The position numbers and the translations under genes are program-made. The notes beneath the pieces are model-generated. The model was not told where the DNA came from, made no database searches, and saw only the letters and a program-made list of their open reading frames with translations. Below, piece after piece: positions 24,340 through 37,397 of a DNA stretch of 64,000 bases. The stretch lies in NCBI RefSeq assembly GCF_018350175.1, contig NC_058368.1:167402001-167466000 (forward strand). The letters are read 5' to 3'. This stretch comes from Felis catus. Taxonomy: Eukaryota. The first letter of the stretch is position 1. The number at the start of each line of letters is the position of its first letter.

Positions 24340-24680
24340 TTAATTAATTCATTCAGTGCATTGATGGCTTCCTGTAACTCAGGCATTGTACTTGAAGGTG
24401 GAGGAACAAAAATGAACCAAGACATAGTCCCGACCTACAAAAACTGACAATCTAGAGGGGGAGGCAGGCTCACAAACAAATCAGTGCAATAAAACATGAT
24501 CAATGTCAGAAGAGAAATGTGGACCAAATACTGTGGAAAATAGGGAATAGGAACAGACTTTCGAAGAGTTCAGGAAGACCTCATGGGGAGCCAGGTCTTG
24601 GAAGATGAACAGAATTATCCCAAGAGAAGGGGAGAGAGTAGGCTTTCGAGGAAAGAGTGAAGGGCAAAAACCCCAGAAGG
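24340..24680 (-). mobile_element. L2 fragment
   Basis: ttcattcagtgcattga...caggcattgtact...aaaatgaaccaagacatagtccc...tgacaatctagaggggga. Confidence 0.75.
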
Positions 24681-25289
24681 CTTGAAAACAGAGTTTGTTG
24701 AAAGGGCAAATGAGGCTGCCAAGGGAAGCGAAAACTTTATTTGGAGAAAGGAGTTGGGCAGGCAATTGAGAACCAAAGAGAGTTTTAAAAAGGTGCAGAA
24801 CATGAGTGGGTTTGTATTTTTAAATGATGGTTCTCTTAGCCCTGGAGGAGACAGAATGCGTGGGGAGAAAGTCTCGAGGAGGAAGATCCCAAGGACTCCA
24901 CCGCAACAGACCAAGCCAACATTTACACACAGACATCTCAGGCGGCAGCAGAGGACTCCTTACTTCCCGCGACTGACAACAGTACCTTCACTTCTCCAGC
25001 CAGTCAGCAACTATCTGCAGAGACCCTACTCCCTGCAAAGTACTCTGTGTTGTGGAAACAAGAAAAGTCAGATGCAAGCTCTTCACTTCAGTTTCTGATG
25101 ATTGCCTAGACACGAAGAGCCTGAAGTAGAGCATTTGTGGGATTTTAAAAAAAGGTCAGGAACAAGAGAAAAGCAACAGGCAGAAACATCAGAAGAGGTT
25201 TAAAAGAAATCGCTAACATTTTGCAATGCATGAGTATGACCAAATGTGTTACAAGTTCAAGTAGAGCAGCTGAAAGAACAATGAATGTG

Positions 25290-25650
25290 AAGTTAAGAGA
25301 TCTGGGTTGCAATATAGTCTTTGCTTTAAATGTGGTGTGAATTGGTCAGGTTACTTAATCTCTTTGTACCTCACTTTTTTTTTTTTCAACGTTTATTTAT
25401 TTTTGGGACAGAGAGAGACAGAGCATGAACGGGGGTGGGGCAGAGAGAGAGGGAGACACAGAATCGGAAACAGGCTCCAGGCTCTGAGCCATCAGCCCAG
25501 AGCCTGACGCGGGGCTCGAACTCACGGACCGCGAGATCGTGACCTGGCTGAAGTCGGACGCTTAACCGACTGCACCACCCAGGCGCCCCTGTACCTCACT
25601 TTTTAAAATAAATAAATGGAATACTAGATGTCCTCAAGGTTCTACAATGC
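25290..25650 (+). mobile_element. MIR-family host element split by the young SINE
   Basis: gagatctgggtt...gtgtgaattggtcaggttacttaatctctttgtacctcact [SINE] ...taaatggaatactagatgtcctcaaggtt. Confidence 0.6.
25380..25589 (-). mobile_element. Young SINEC_Fc-type Can-SINE inserted in a MIR, sense to EFNA5
   Basis: Minus strand reads ggggcgcctgggtggtgcagtcggttaagcgtccgacttcagccaggtcacgatctcgcggtccgtgagttcgagccccgcgtcaggctctgggctgatggctcagagcc...aataaacgttgaaaa. Perfect 15-bp target-site duplication tgtacctcacttttt at 25365-25379 and 25590-25604. Confidence 0.98.
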
Positions 25651-28141
25651 TCTTTCAGTTCAGCACAGGGATCACGCAGGACAGGTGATACAGATTTGGT
25701 GTTTGAATTAGTTCAGATATTGAATGCTAAGACTTGGTAGAATACTAAGACGACACCCAATTCCACTCCAGATCCCATTCATTACACCCATTTCAGCGGG
25801 GTGAGGAGCAGCTCTAACCACACACTCGAAGCTGGGACAACACTTAGCACCCAGGGGACACGAGGAGGTCATGACGATGAGGATCTAGCATGTGATGTGG
25901 AAAGCTGCCAAGGGCAAAAATATGACCAAAATCATGAAAAGGATTCCACTCTTCCCACACAGAAAGTGGCAGAACCAGAGATCTTTTAGGTGGTGACAAC
26001 TGACAGAAACGTCACCATTGATGAAAAGCTACAAGAGAAGCTATAGGTACAGTTTATCACATGATCATTTACCCCCCCACACCTGCTTTCAACCCTACCA
26101 AGGGCCTAAGCCGCGCAACAGGAAATGACAAGCAAAATGATGAGAAAAATCAGTGAGGTCACTGTTGAGAAATCCCCCCCACCGAGTATCTTCGGAAACG
26201 GTTTCATGGAATCTCGTAACACCTGAAGTCCTTGAGGAGCTCTCTGGCTTCCAACATCCCCGTTACAGGGATATAAATATATAACGTGCACTTAATCAAA
26301 ATTGTTTTACACCTGTTCCCTCCTACTAAAAACGAGAGAAAAAAAAACCATCTGTATTACCCTCTCTGGACAGATAAAACTTCCTCTCTTCCAAAGTCTT
26401 TTGGAAGGTAATTAGGTGCCTTAAGTGCAGGGGTAATTTAAGATTTTGTCTCTCTCCAAAACTGTTGACAATATGTTAAGCAGATGGAGGTCATTTCTTT
26501 TATTTTTCTAACTTTCCCTTTTGGTTCTCTGATGAAGGATATGCTGACATAAATGTTTTGTTGTTATGCATGGTAGATAGGCCTGCGGGTCCCAGAGGTG
26601 AGGCAAATCATGTCCTTTCAAATGATCTGTTATTTTTGGCAATAAATTTGGATTACCTACGACAGAAAGTCTTGAAATACTTTATATGCCTCAAGTTTAG
26701 AATTAGGAGGAAGGAGGGGGGTTCTAAGGGAGACAATGGGATATGCCAGACAAAAAAATGTGGGTTTTTTGGTCATTCTGATTCACTGAAACAAATTTTT
26801 TTTTAAGCACCTTGGGACCTCTGTATATTTGGGTTTAGGATTCCAAAGGCAAAGTTCTTGGCTTCTCTGGATGACAGTGACATCTTGACTTCCTGGAAAA
26901 CCTGTGCTATCAGCTTAATTGTGACTTGATGTAAATTAAGTCACAGGTCTTCAATTGTGAACTGCCTTCTGCCACTCTCCTGCTCCTCATCTTCCTAAAC
27001 TAGTTTTGCTGACTAAATAGTTTCTCCTCCTGATGTCTTTAAGCATGTTCAAAGCTGTAATTCATCCATAACATTCATGACAGCTTAATGCCCGAAGGTA
27101 TTCCTCAGTAACTCAAATTTTTTTCTACTTTTGCCCCTTAAATTTGCTTATAAATGATAAAAGCATGAAACACTGAGCAATTAGAGGGCGAAGGGTGAAC
27201 ACCAGGGCACTGAATGTATGTGGTTCATCTACTAAATCCTCCAACAAAGTATTCATTATTTCACATGAACTGGACTCTGTTTTGTAAGACACACTGGGGG
27301 TGTTTAGAATTCTAAAATTATATACTTTTGCAGAGGTCAACCAGAGACCACTCAAACCAACCAGGATAAGAGCGTTTTGCTGATATGTCGCAACTCATAA
27401 GTAATATTTAAAAGGCCACAATGCTTTCTCATTTGTTACTTTTTTAAAAGAGAACAAAGGTAATCTGGCTTTTCATTTTCTTTAGACAACTGCAGGAAAC
27501 CGAGAGTGGCGTGGCCTTGGCATTTGATCCCTTAGGGTTAATCCCCTGGGAAGTCAGAGAGCTCTCTTCACAATGTGTAGAGGATCACACTATTCTATTG
27601 CATAAAAGCTATAGAACTCACCAAGATGGAAAACCTTAAATATAGTTTATTAGACTATTAAAAGTTTATGACATCACTTCTCTATTCTCTGGTGTTCATC
27701 AATAAACCCCCATTGATCTCTACAGGAATCTTAACGTAGCCTCTTGTACAGTAATACCTATGTGCTCAAGCGTCAAAGACCCATTTACTTCACATGTGTA
27801 ATTTGCCCACTTATTCCTGCTGAGATAATACTCCTGGTTTAATTGCCCATAGAGCAACTGGATAAATCAGCTACTTTGGTTTGTATTAGCTGTCTCTGCA
27901 TATGTGTATAGCAAAAAAACATGCAAGATTGTTCAAGCTATAAATGGCAAAAATGAATCACAAGTAAAGCCAACAAGTATTTTTAATTTTGTGACATGTA
28001 AAGAAAAAGAAACGTTAAAAATACACTCGGAGAAATCAACTGCTTTACAGTTTTGGAGGTGGAGAAGAAATATATGAGAATCATATTATATAGTATGTAG
28101 TAGCATACAATAGTATATATAGTGTGTATATATATAGTATA

Positions 28142-28224
28142 CATTCTTTCTACATAAATAAATCTACAAATATAAACACATATTGATTACATATATTTGT
28201 AGATTTATTTATATAGAAAGAATG
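28142..28224. repeat. Inverted repeat, 33-bp arms (32/33 complementary), 17-nt spacer
   Basis: Left arm cattctttctacataaataaatctacaaatata (28142-28174); right arm tatatttgtagatttatttatatagaaagaatg (28192-28224). Confidence 0.95.
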
Positions 28225-28985
28225 AAGATGAATTAATGACTTCACTTATTTAAATTTCACTATTGAGAATGAAAGCTTAAATGAGTGAATAAATATATGC
28301 ATAGAGAAATCATATAAATTACCCATGCCCAGACCCGCTTAAGAAATGTCAGACTCACGAAAGTGACATGTGCTTATAAAAATTGCTTCAATTTTTGAAC
28401 CCTCATTTTCATTTAATGATCAGAACTATGATGAAAGAAAAATCTTTATATAAAACAAATGATAGTCTCTTATGTATTAAACGCTTAAAGAATCATTTTC
28501 TAATTGATCTTCCCTATTAGAGTCATTAGCTAAATATAAGAATTATAGTGCATTTATATGGGCTAACTCATGAACACTGAGATATGAATACACACAAAGA
28601 CCTAACTCAAAGACATAAAATTAATATTTTAGTAAAATACCTTAATCTTTCAAATAACCACAAAAGAATGCTTATCTGATTTTCCTTTATTCTTTTTAAA
28701 AAATTTATACGAACATTGTATCCTTATATAAAAGTAGCAAGTCTCACAATGTTAAAAAAAATCTCTATTTGATTTTCTAGCTTCATTCTGAAGACACTTC
28801 TAAATGATAATATACCATTTAAACTGGATATTGAAATGAATGGCATATATTTGACTACAAAATCCTGGAGCATAGTTATGTTCTAGACTTGAGGTCTAAA
28901 ACTGGAATAATGCTCAATTAGAAAGATATGAAGGCTATTTAGACATAGTAGATATTAAAGGAGTGTCTAAAAGGCATTGCTTTTT

Positions 28986-29097
28986 GGGGGGCACCTCGTG
29001 GGCTCAGTTGGTAGAGCACGCAACTCAATCTCAGGGTTATAAATTCAAGCCCCACACTGGGTGTAGAGATTACTTTAAAAAGTCTTTAAAAAGAGAA
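28986..29097 (+). mobile_element. Short-type carnivore tRNA-derived SINE (no CT tract)
   Basis: ggggcacctcgtgggctcagttggtagagcacgcaactc...ttcaagccccacactgggtgtagagattactt with A-rich tail. Target-site duplication aaaaggcattgcttttt (28969-28985) / aaaagacattgcttttt (29098-29114). Confidence 0.9.
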
Positions 29098-29777
29098 AAA
29101 AGACATTGCTTTTTTGATTAAAAAGTTTCTAGCATCTGGTAAAATCAGACAATGACCAGACTAATATAACAAATAAATCTATTCAGAACAAAATTTATTT
29201 CCCTTGAAAACAAAATCTAAATGTAATATTGCCAAATGTGTTTTATGTCATTCTGATATAAGTAAGCCTTAAAATATTCTAGGCCTATTAATACATGGGA
29301 TTCTGTCTCCCGTACTGCATCGACATGCATTTTACATAGGATACAAACTCTATAAATTGTGTTCCACAAGTGCATAAGTACAGAAACAAATGGAAATCTA
29401 TTTATAGGTAATTGATTTCATGATTTTTGGAGCTATTGACTAGGGGATTTAAAAATGGCCTTAGCAATGAGGGCTGCCAAGTTTCCACTTTTGAAAATTT
29501 CAATACCTTGTGGTCTCAATTTAAAATAAACAGGAACTCACAAACTCAAGCAAATCCAGAGATGAAAGGCAGACCCCAGCAGCTGCAGGTGGAGCTGAGC
29601 AGGTATTATTGAAAACTTGTTGATATGATTCAAGGGTCCTCAAGGCCATCGGATGCTAAGGGCCACATGCAAAATCAGCAGAGGTCTAACCTGGCTAATT
29701 GTCTCCCCTGATTGTGACAGTTTTGATTAGAACTATAATCAGCTCTCAACAGACTGTAGGCAAAAATGCCAACTGAG

Positions 29778-29779
<2 letters not shown>

Positions 29780-29820
<41 letters not shown>
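29780..29820. repeat. (TG)20 microsatellite
   Basis: Direct reading, uninterrupted. Confidence 0.97.
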
Positions 29821-29821
<1 letters not shown>

Positions 29822-32800
29822 TGGAGGCACAGCTGAATGAAGACGCACCACCATTAACCCACTCTTCAAACATTAAAGGGGTTCCAATATGAACAAAAGC
29901 AATAATTCCCTTCATAATTAGTGCAAACATTTTCCTTCTGTCACTTTGCAATTGCTTTTATAGAAACTAAAGCAAATGCCAATATTCAGGCTTTCTAAAA
30001 GTAAAACTATTCCTATTTTGCCACTGAAATTCTGAAGATTGAAAACTGAAGTCATGCGATTCCATAACCCCCTTCTGAGTAGTTATTTTGAGAGAGTTTA
30101 TGCTACACTCAATGAGAAATTGTTTTAAGATAAATAAAACCTTTTCCTTAACAGCTTCTACTTATTTTATCTACATATCGGTAAAATGTATACAAATATA
30201 GCTATATAGTTTTTAAATAAGATGAAGAATAAACATGTAATCACCCAAAATGCTACATTAAAACCACTTCATCATGCGAAGCCTACTTTGTGATCTTCTG
30301 CTTCTTTCAATTTTACATTAAAATGACTTCGGCCTCTCATTACCTTTGTGCAAAGAATTCTGTACTTAGAACGGTAATCTACATCAACTATTGTTCTTAC
30401 AATAGTTAGAAATTTTTAAACCTCAAGCTTTAGAAACAGAAAACTTCCAGAAGTTATTACACTCTTAAAAGTAAAAATTTAGGGAAATTTTGTAACATGG
30501 AAATACTAGCATTTTCAGTACCCATAGTAAATTTAAGGTGGTTGTGTTAGAATAAGAATATAAAATGTATTATGTATATCTTTACTTGCTCACAAATTTA
30601 TCATGTTCAGTATCCTCATAGATGGGCAGGGATAGAATAAGGCAGAAAACATTCCAGGAAAAAATACTTTACACCTGTTTTATAAATGTATGTTTTACTT
30701 TTTAAACTCTCTTCACATTGTGGCTACAAAAATGAGACCGTGTGAGAAAACTAGAGGGAGCGAGTGAGCGAGCGAGCAAGAAACATTTAAGTCTGAAGAG
30801 CTAAAACAAGGTTATTTTAAGCTCAATTCTATGGTCAGGGGTGGTTTTATCCTTAGTTAAGTGTTTAAAGACATGTGATAACATTAAATGCAGATTTCCA
30901 TCTACCTGATGGACTCGACAAAATCTCAACCCCTCAACTGGTGCTTCTGAATGTAACTGTCACTTAGCTGATGTCCAAACCGAATGTCTTTGCCACGGCT
31001 TTACACATCTGGTCCCTGTCAGTGTCAACGGGGTTTGTAGGATGTGGTGTTGTGGCAGGCAAGATGATTTATACACATGGAACCGAAGATCTTGGAGCTC
31101 ATTCTGAGGATGCATTTCATCTGGTGTACTTGCCATCAACAACTGACTGACTGAAATTAAACAAAACCTTATATCCTGAAATCTGAGCAGTCTCTGCTCC
31201 TCCCCTCATTCAGATCATGAACATATTTAGTCAACCAGGGAATTCACAAAAGACCCATGTCAACAGTCTATTAGTGAGATAGAAAAAAAATGTGCATTAA
31301 ACACCTCCATGCGTTAGCCTCTGACCTCCTTAAGCTGGTACATTTTTAAAATTCTTTGTGGGATAAGGATTTACTAACCAACCACACGGGGAACTCATGA
31401 ATATGTGGTGTTCAAAACAGACCAGCATTTTCCTTGAAAGTCTTTAACCGAGAGGAGATCAGTCATCCTATACATATATATCAGAAGCAGGCATTGCTTT
31501 TATCAAATAAATTATTTAAAATACTGTATCAGAATAGGATGGAAAGTTCTTCACTCTCTGTCTTTAATCTACCGTGATTCCATCTCTCTGCTAGGACAAA
31601 CACACAGGCTTGTAATATAAGACACCCAAAATGCCTCTGTTTCTTTACTAGTAAAGCTCTTAATAGATACTGCTCTCCACTTTACTCAGTGTGAATCACT
31701 CTTTTTCACAAGCATCACAATGATCTGTAAAACTAACACTTTGGTCCAGTTAGCATTAGCATATGTTCAGAACAACTTTAATGCAGTAGTGCCCTGACTG
31801 GGTACAGCCCAACTTCTGATTTTGAGGACTTCCTGTAGAGACACAATCCAAAGACTAGAAATGCTCTGTACTCTGCTACTGTGTGACTAACACCGTGTTA
31901 GTTTGGGTAGGCATAATATACAGTAGACATATTAACTGTCATTTTAATTTCGAACCCTTAACTGAAAAAAAAAATTGGGAACCCCGTGAACAGCTTCACT
32001 TCTATATTCCGCATGAAGAGGGCTGAGTAAGAGCTCTCGGGTGCTGAGTGTGTGGTTCAGCTCCTAACAGAAGGTGTCCATATTTACAACCTCAAGTTAA
32101 TTTAACCTCCCCTAACTAGGGTGTGACAGATATTTTTATCCCAGTGCTCTAGGCCATTTCCCATATACTTCTTTTCTAACATGCTGAAACTTGCTTAAGC
32201 ACTGAAGGAAGGAAAAAAGTAAGTGACGGCTGTTTAGGTAACATCGGGGCAGTGCACATCAGCTCCTGAGGAAGCCAGCTGTTCCTGCAGTCATCTCTCC
32301 AAGCGGGCTTGTTTGAACGTGCAAAGCAGCGGGTTACAGTGCTTTCCATCTAGGTAAAGATGTAAAAAGTGGCATGTGTAGCAGCCAGCAAACAGAAGCA
32401 AAATCTTTTCAGATCTTGCAAAGCCTCTAGAGAGCTGAAAAACATTCCATTTTAAGAAGAGATGTTCTGAAACCACGTGCTGATGCAACGGTGCCAGTGA
32501 TTGGGATATTTGTGTCAGTTGAACACGCCGCTCTTGTCCCAGCAAATCAATCCAGTCTCAATGCGGCTTCGGATGGGGGCTGATCCCTCACCACTCTTGC
32601 TTCCTCACTGCTCACCTCCTGTCCACATTAGCTCCCTGGCTGCCCTAGCTTTCCCCATGTCCACCATCGCCCTGCAAAAACTCTGTGCGGGGTTTGGAAA
32701 TCCATTTGCTTTAAGAACAAATGTTACCTATAATTCAGAGAGTTTCCTAAGAGTCTGCATGACCCCGAATGGGCAGTGGCTCGGCCCTCATATACTGCTT

Positions 32801-33349
32801 ATTTTCACACCCCCTGTGGTTTTCTGGTTGGGGAGTCCCCCCATTGGCAGGTCCAGAAACCTCGGCACTCTTTCCTCTTCACCCAGGGCCCATGGGGCCC
32901 ACAAACTCACAGGCTCTCCAGCCTACCTACCAATGAACAGCCCCAGTGATGCACTCAATTCCACTTGCCAACTACACCCCCTCATCTTTTGTTTTATAAC
33001 AGACACAAATGTGGAAATTCTGAATTCCAAGTTGAAAGAAACACATCTTTCATGACTTCCCCTGTTTTGACTTTTACTGCTGACTTATTATGGTCTCAAG
33101 TTTCTTCACCCAAAGAAAGTTCATTTGCCACTTAATATTGTCCTCCATAGAGGTGATAGAAAAAGGCCAAATAGTTATTACAGACAAAGACATTTACTTG
33201 GCTTCTGATCCTATTAATTCCATGTTCAACTTAAAACTCCAACAGTTAACTGCTCTAAAAAAGTAAAGTCAATTCATTCAAAACAGCAACAGAAAAACCA
33301 TAGTGATCTTCTGAAATATGAGCAAGTACATTCACTTCACATACATTAA

Positions 33350-33475
33350 CTCATTGACTCCGTAGCACAACTTGATAAAGTAGGTGTTGCAGGTGCGAGA
33401 ATGAGATGAAGAGAGATTCTAGAATTTGCCCAAGGTTACTAGTAAATAGCAAACCTGGATGCAAATCTCTTTCTC
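33350..33475 (-). mobile_element. MIR fragment
   Basis: cattaactcattgactcc...aatttgcccaaggttactagtaaatagcaaacctggatgcaaatc. Confidence 0.6.
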
Positions 33476-33650
33476 TCCCCCTCCAAATCCCTGCTGCTCC
33501 CTCCCAACCACGCTGCTTTCTACTGTATTTTGGCCGCATTCTGTTTATCATTGGTCTTGGTTGCCAGACAGCTTAGAGCTAAATTCAATGCCCCAAGAGA
33601 GTAAGCTATTACCTTTGACATGTTTGTCTTCCCCTTCACCTCTTTACATC

Positions 33651-33683
33651 TAACAACAACAACAACAATAACAACAACAACAA
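33651..33683. repeat. (CAA)n trinucleotide repeat, interrupted
   Basis: Direct reading. Confidence 0.9.
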
Positions 33684-33714
33684 TTACTAGAATTGTCTCA
33701 TGCGATAAGCCTTT

Positions 33715-34030
33715 GTTAGTCATTCAAAAGCCTTCACTGAACTTTAGCTATCTGCTAGGTGTCACATTGGACGTGAGGTAGTAAGATAAATAAGATGACT
33801 CCCTGCGCTCCCAGAAACCATCCTAGTCAGAGTGACTTGCAATTATATTTTGAGACGTAAAGATAGGATCCAAAATATATCCTTGGAGATAAGAAAAGTC
33901 TTCCTAGGTCAAATTTGAACAAGTGTTATCTCAAGTTAGCAGAGGCCATCTAGGCAGGGCGGACAGCATGAGGAAAATAAAGGGCAGAGAGGTGAGGAAC
34001 AGGAGCATGGACCACTTATGCCTTTTGGGA
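33715..34030 (-). mobile_element. L2 fragment
   Basis: tagtcattcaaaagccttcactgaa...aagataaataagatgactccctgcgctccca...acagcatgagg..aagggcagagaggtgaggaacaggagcatgg. Confidence 0.55.
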
Positions 34031-34689
34031 AGCAGACGATAAGCCATGGTTATAAATAAATACTTTATTACAGCAATTTTGTGACGCAGAAAAGAGAGTG
34101 CTGGAAAACCTTAGCACAGGTCAGTATCATGAATGATTTGCTGCAGTCATGAGAGAAACTAAGCCCTGAACTCCCTTCCGCTTCACAACCCCATTTCAAA
34201 CATTTGTTAAAGGGACCAGGACTCTCTATGAAGAGTGAGCTTTTCGGCAAGTTTTGTTTTGGGTTACTGCCTCTGTGGTGTGTGCAATAGAAACTTCCAT
34301 CATTCGTTGTACATCAGGGAAAAAAAAACCAAAATCATTTTAAGTTTTCTTTGGAAACTTCAGGATCTTACTGATATTTCAATAAATACATTTCAGACCT
34401 TTGGTTTTACAGGTTAGATTCTTATAAAAGCTCTCTAGACATACTCTTGATTTTTACCTTGAAATCAAAATATACTTTTTGGTAAATGCTCATCTGAAAA
34501 GTCTTTGTTCTTTGACCTAAGCGGCATCCCTTCCTTTAAATTTACTTTTCAAATCAGCATTTCATTTTAGGACTTCAACCATCAACTAAAACACCTGGGG
34601 TTTTTTTGTTGTTTTTTTAATGCACAGGACATCAAAAAAAAAAAATTGAAATGCTTCCAGGAACAAGGAAAGTCTAGAACTACATGCAA

Positions 34690-34840
34690 ATAGAAGGCTG
34701 AGGTCAAGAATGCCTTGGAGGTCACTCATTCTATTCCCATTGCTTTATAGCTGAGCAAGGGACACCCTGAGAGGTTGAGTCACTGGGTAAAATTACCAAG
34801 TTTATTAATGACAGAGCTCAGAGCAGAAGACCTGAACACA
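34690..34840 (-). mobile_element. MIR-family fragment
   Basis: ccttggaggtcac...cccattgctttatagctgagcaagggacaccctgagaggttgagtcact...taatgacagagc. Confidence 0.6.
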
Positions 34841-36912
34841 CACCCTGTGAGGTGGATATGGTCTTCCACAGGAAGATCATCAGTGCACAAACGTAGGTGG
34901 GAGTGGTCAGAATTGAGTTGTCAAGCAATGTCACAGGGTGAAGAAAGTTCTGAGCTCCAAGTGTGCTGGGTGAGTTCACCCCACTTCCTCAGTGGGACCA
35001 CACCATTGGCATGTCACACGGGGAGACATGGGCTGACAATGGGCCCTGCAGCTGCTTCTCTGGGGTCCACGGTAATGACCACAACTCCAACTCCAGCTCC
35101 AACAGATACCAGAACCTACGAGACATTGGCAGCTACGAGCGGTGCCACCTCATTTCATATTTTTTCTTCTGCTGTTTCACTAACTCAAATGCTTGCCCTT
35201 AGGATTGTTTAGCTACTGAAAAGATAACATTCTGAGTGCAGTTTTAGCTTTTCTGGTTTCATGCTGTTTTTTGAATTAGGAAAGACTACTGTGCCACACA
35301 GATGGCTACTAGAGCCAATAAAGAACCGCATGCAGGAATGGTCTGCTCTGTTAATCAGAAGGCACAGAGACCCTTTCTGTCCCCTTGGTTAACAATCTGT
35401 ATTAGAAATAAAGCAGAATTGTTTGTAAAGGTTTGTAAAGTATCTGCTTTTTGATTTTGCTGATGCCATCCTCATATTGATGACACCAGAACTAAAAACA
35501 AAACAAAACAAAAACAAAAAAACACCAAAAATGAATGTTAAAAATGGACCCAGAGTCGGAGGAAAGGATTATGGGCCCCATCCATTTATGTTCCTTGTCT
35601 TCTATTATCGCCTGCTGACTATTTCTGCTCATAAGGGACCGTGAACTATCCATGAGTGCAAAATGGATACAGCACAAATTGATTTGGTAACATCACACAG
35701 ACATGTATGAATAATGAGCTTTAGTGGCAGTCTGTCACACGGCAAGCATATCAGTGTAACTGATTTATCGAAAACTTGACTGAATAAAGTCTCATTCTTA
35801 AGAGAAGGTATCAACTGTTTCTTTACTTTTTTGGTTAAAAATAAGTTTTTATTTAGCAAACTCAGACCCTTTGTAATTTTAAATGTAGCAAAACCTGAAA
35901 CTGGCAGAGAACTGACCTACTTCCTCTCACTTAACCAAAAAAGGAGGAGGAGGAGGATAAAGGGGAGGAGAAGGAGGCGGAAGAGAAAATGATACCCACA
36001 TTACCATAAAGCTGGAAGGCTCATCAGAGATGCTAATCAATTTCAAATTCCCTAAGGATAGCTGCGTCTTTGTCTCTGTATGGGTGTCTAGGACTGTTAG
36101 AGGAATATAGCTAAGTCATTAAAACAAGAGAAAATGAGCTTCCCATTAACCCCTCCTTTAGAAATATCCTAGGATATTCTGAGGAAAAAAACAAAAGGAT
36201 TCTCTGCATTCGTTCCACATTTGTCATGTAAATATGGTGGGTGTGGGTGTCAAAACCCAAAGGGAGCAGTGACCACCTCAGGCCCAAGTCCAGCATCTCT
36301 GAAAACTTTCCCAGTAATCCCCTGGGTCTTCAAAGTAAGGAAATTTCAAATTCCACCACTTGCCCATTTAAATGAAAGAAGTAGGAACCAGACTACATGA
36401 CTCCTAAGGTTTCTCCCAATTCCCAGGTTCCAGGAGACCTTGAAGTTTAAAAATAAAAGAGAACAAGGAAGGTTAAGGTTTTCTGAAAAGAGAAAGTGAT
36501 GGAACGTAAAAGCATGGGTTAAAATACCCATAATTACAACATGTAGTTCTATGCAATTGTCAGATGAAGCAAGGACAGAGTGTACAGATGTAGAGATTGA
36601 ACTTGCCTCAAAGTAGAGAGAAAGCTATTCAACAGAATTCTTTAAGGGTACAAAGGTACCACTTAGTAAGTCACTGAGTTCAAGCCCTAAATAGCATCTT
36701 TGTGAATCCAGTCGATACACCCCTAAAGAGAGGCCCTATGTGCCAGATATTAAATACAGAGAAAAAGACCCTTTCTACAAGTTGTCATCTAGGCAAGAGT
36801 GTACGGGGAGGGAGGTGAAGAAACACTCAACTAAATGGACCAGCAACACCTTACAGATTCAGTGTGGCTTAGAATAACAAAGGATCCTGTTATTACCTCT
36901 TTAAATACAGAT

Positions 36913-36914
<2 letters not shown>

Positions 36915-36956
<42 letters not shown>
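36915..36956. repeat. (AT)21 microsatellite
   Basis: Direct reading, uninterrupted. Confidence 0.97.
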
Positions 36957-36958
<2 letters not shown>

Positions 36959-37289
36959 GGGAAATTAGGCAATTTCAGCGATAACTTGATTAACATATTT
37001 AGTCACATTGGTTCATAAAAAATCAATTATTTAATATAGGCATTAAGTAAAAAAAAAAAAATTTTTTTAAAGCATCTGTAATTTATTCACTTGGCCCTAG
37101 GGATATCTTTGGAATCAAAGACAGCTTAACTGAGTTCTGAAGTTCTCACCAAATACTTGTACATGTTTTCAAAGGGCCTTGAAAGCAGTGAGACACTTTC
37201 TGCTTCAGGCTACACATTAGCTAAATTCCAGTGTGCCCTGCACAGAGCAACCTCTTGATCAATTATTTCCTGCAACTCTTCAGAATGTT

Positions 37290-37350
37290 CTTTCTGCGGA
37301 GTGTGTGGTTAGGCCCTGGGATCGCTGCAAAGATCCTGAAAATGCCAGGA

Positions 37351-37352
<2 letters not shown>
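37290..37352 (+). mobile_element. MER20-like DNA transposon fragment
   Basis: gtgtggttaggccctgggatcgctgcaaagatcctgaaaatgccaggaga resembles MER20 (gtagaggccagggatgctgctaaacatcctacaatgcacaggaca). Confidence 0.5.

Positions 37353-37395
<43 letters not shown>
37352..37395. repeat. (AC)n microsatellite, ~22 units
   Basis: Direct reading. Confidence 0.96.

Positions 37396-37397
<2 letters not shown>

Noticed and set aside
28986..29070. tRNA-like sequence with A-box and B-box
   Set aside because: No intact cloverleaf; has an A-rich tail and TSD, so it is a tRNA-derived SINE rather than a tRNA gene.
32501..33055. 184-aa plus-strand ORF
   Set aside because: Non-ATG first codon, no recognisable homology, antisense within an intron; length is compatible with chance.
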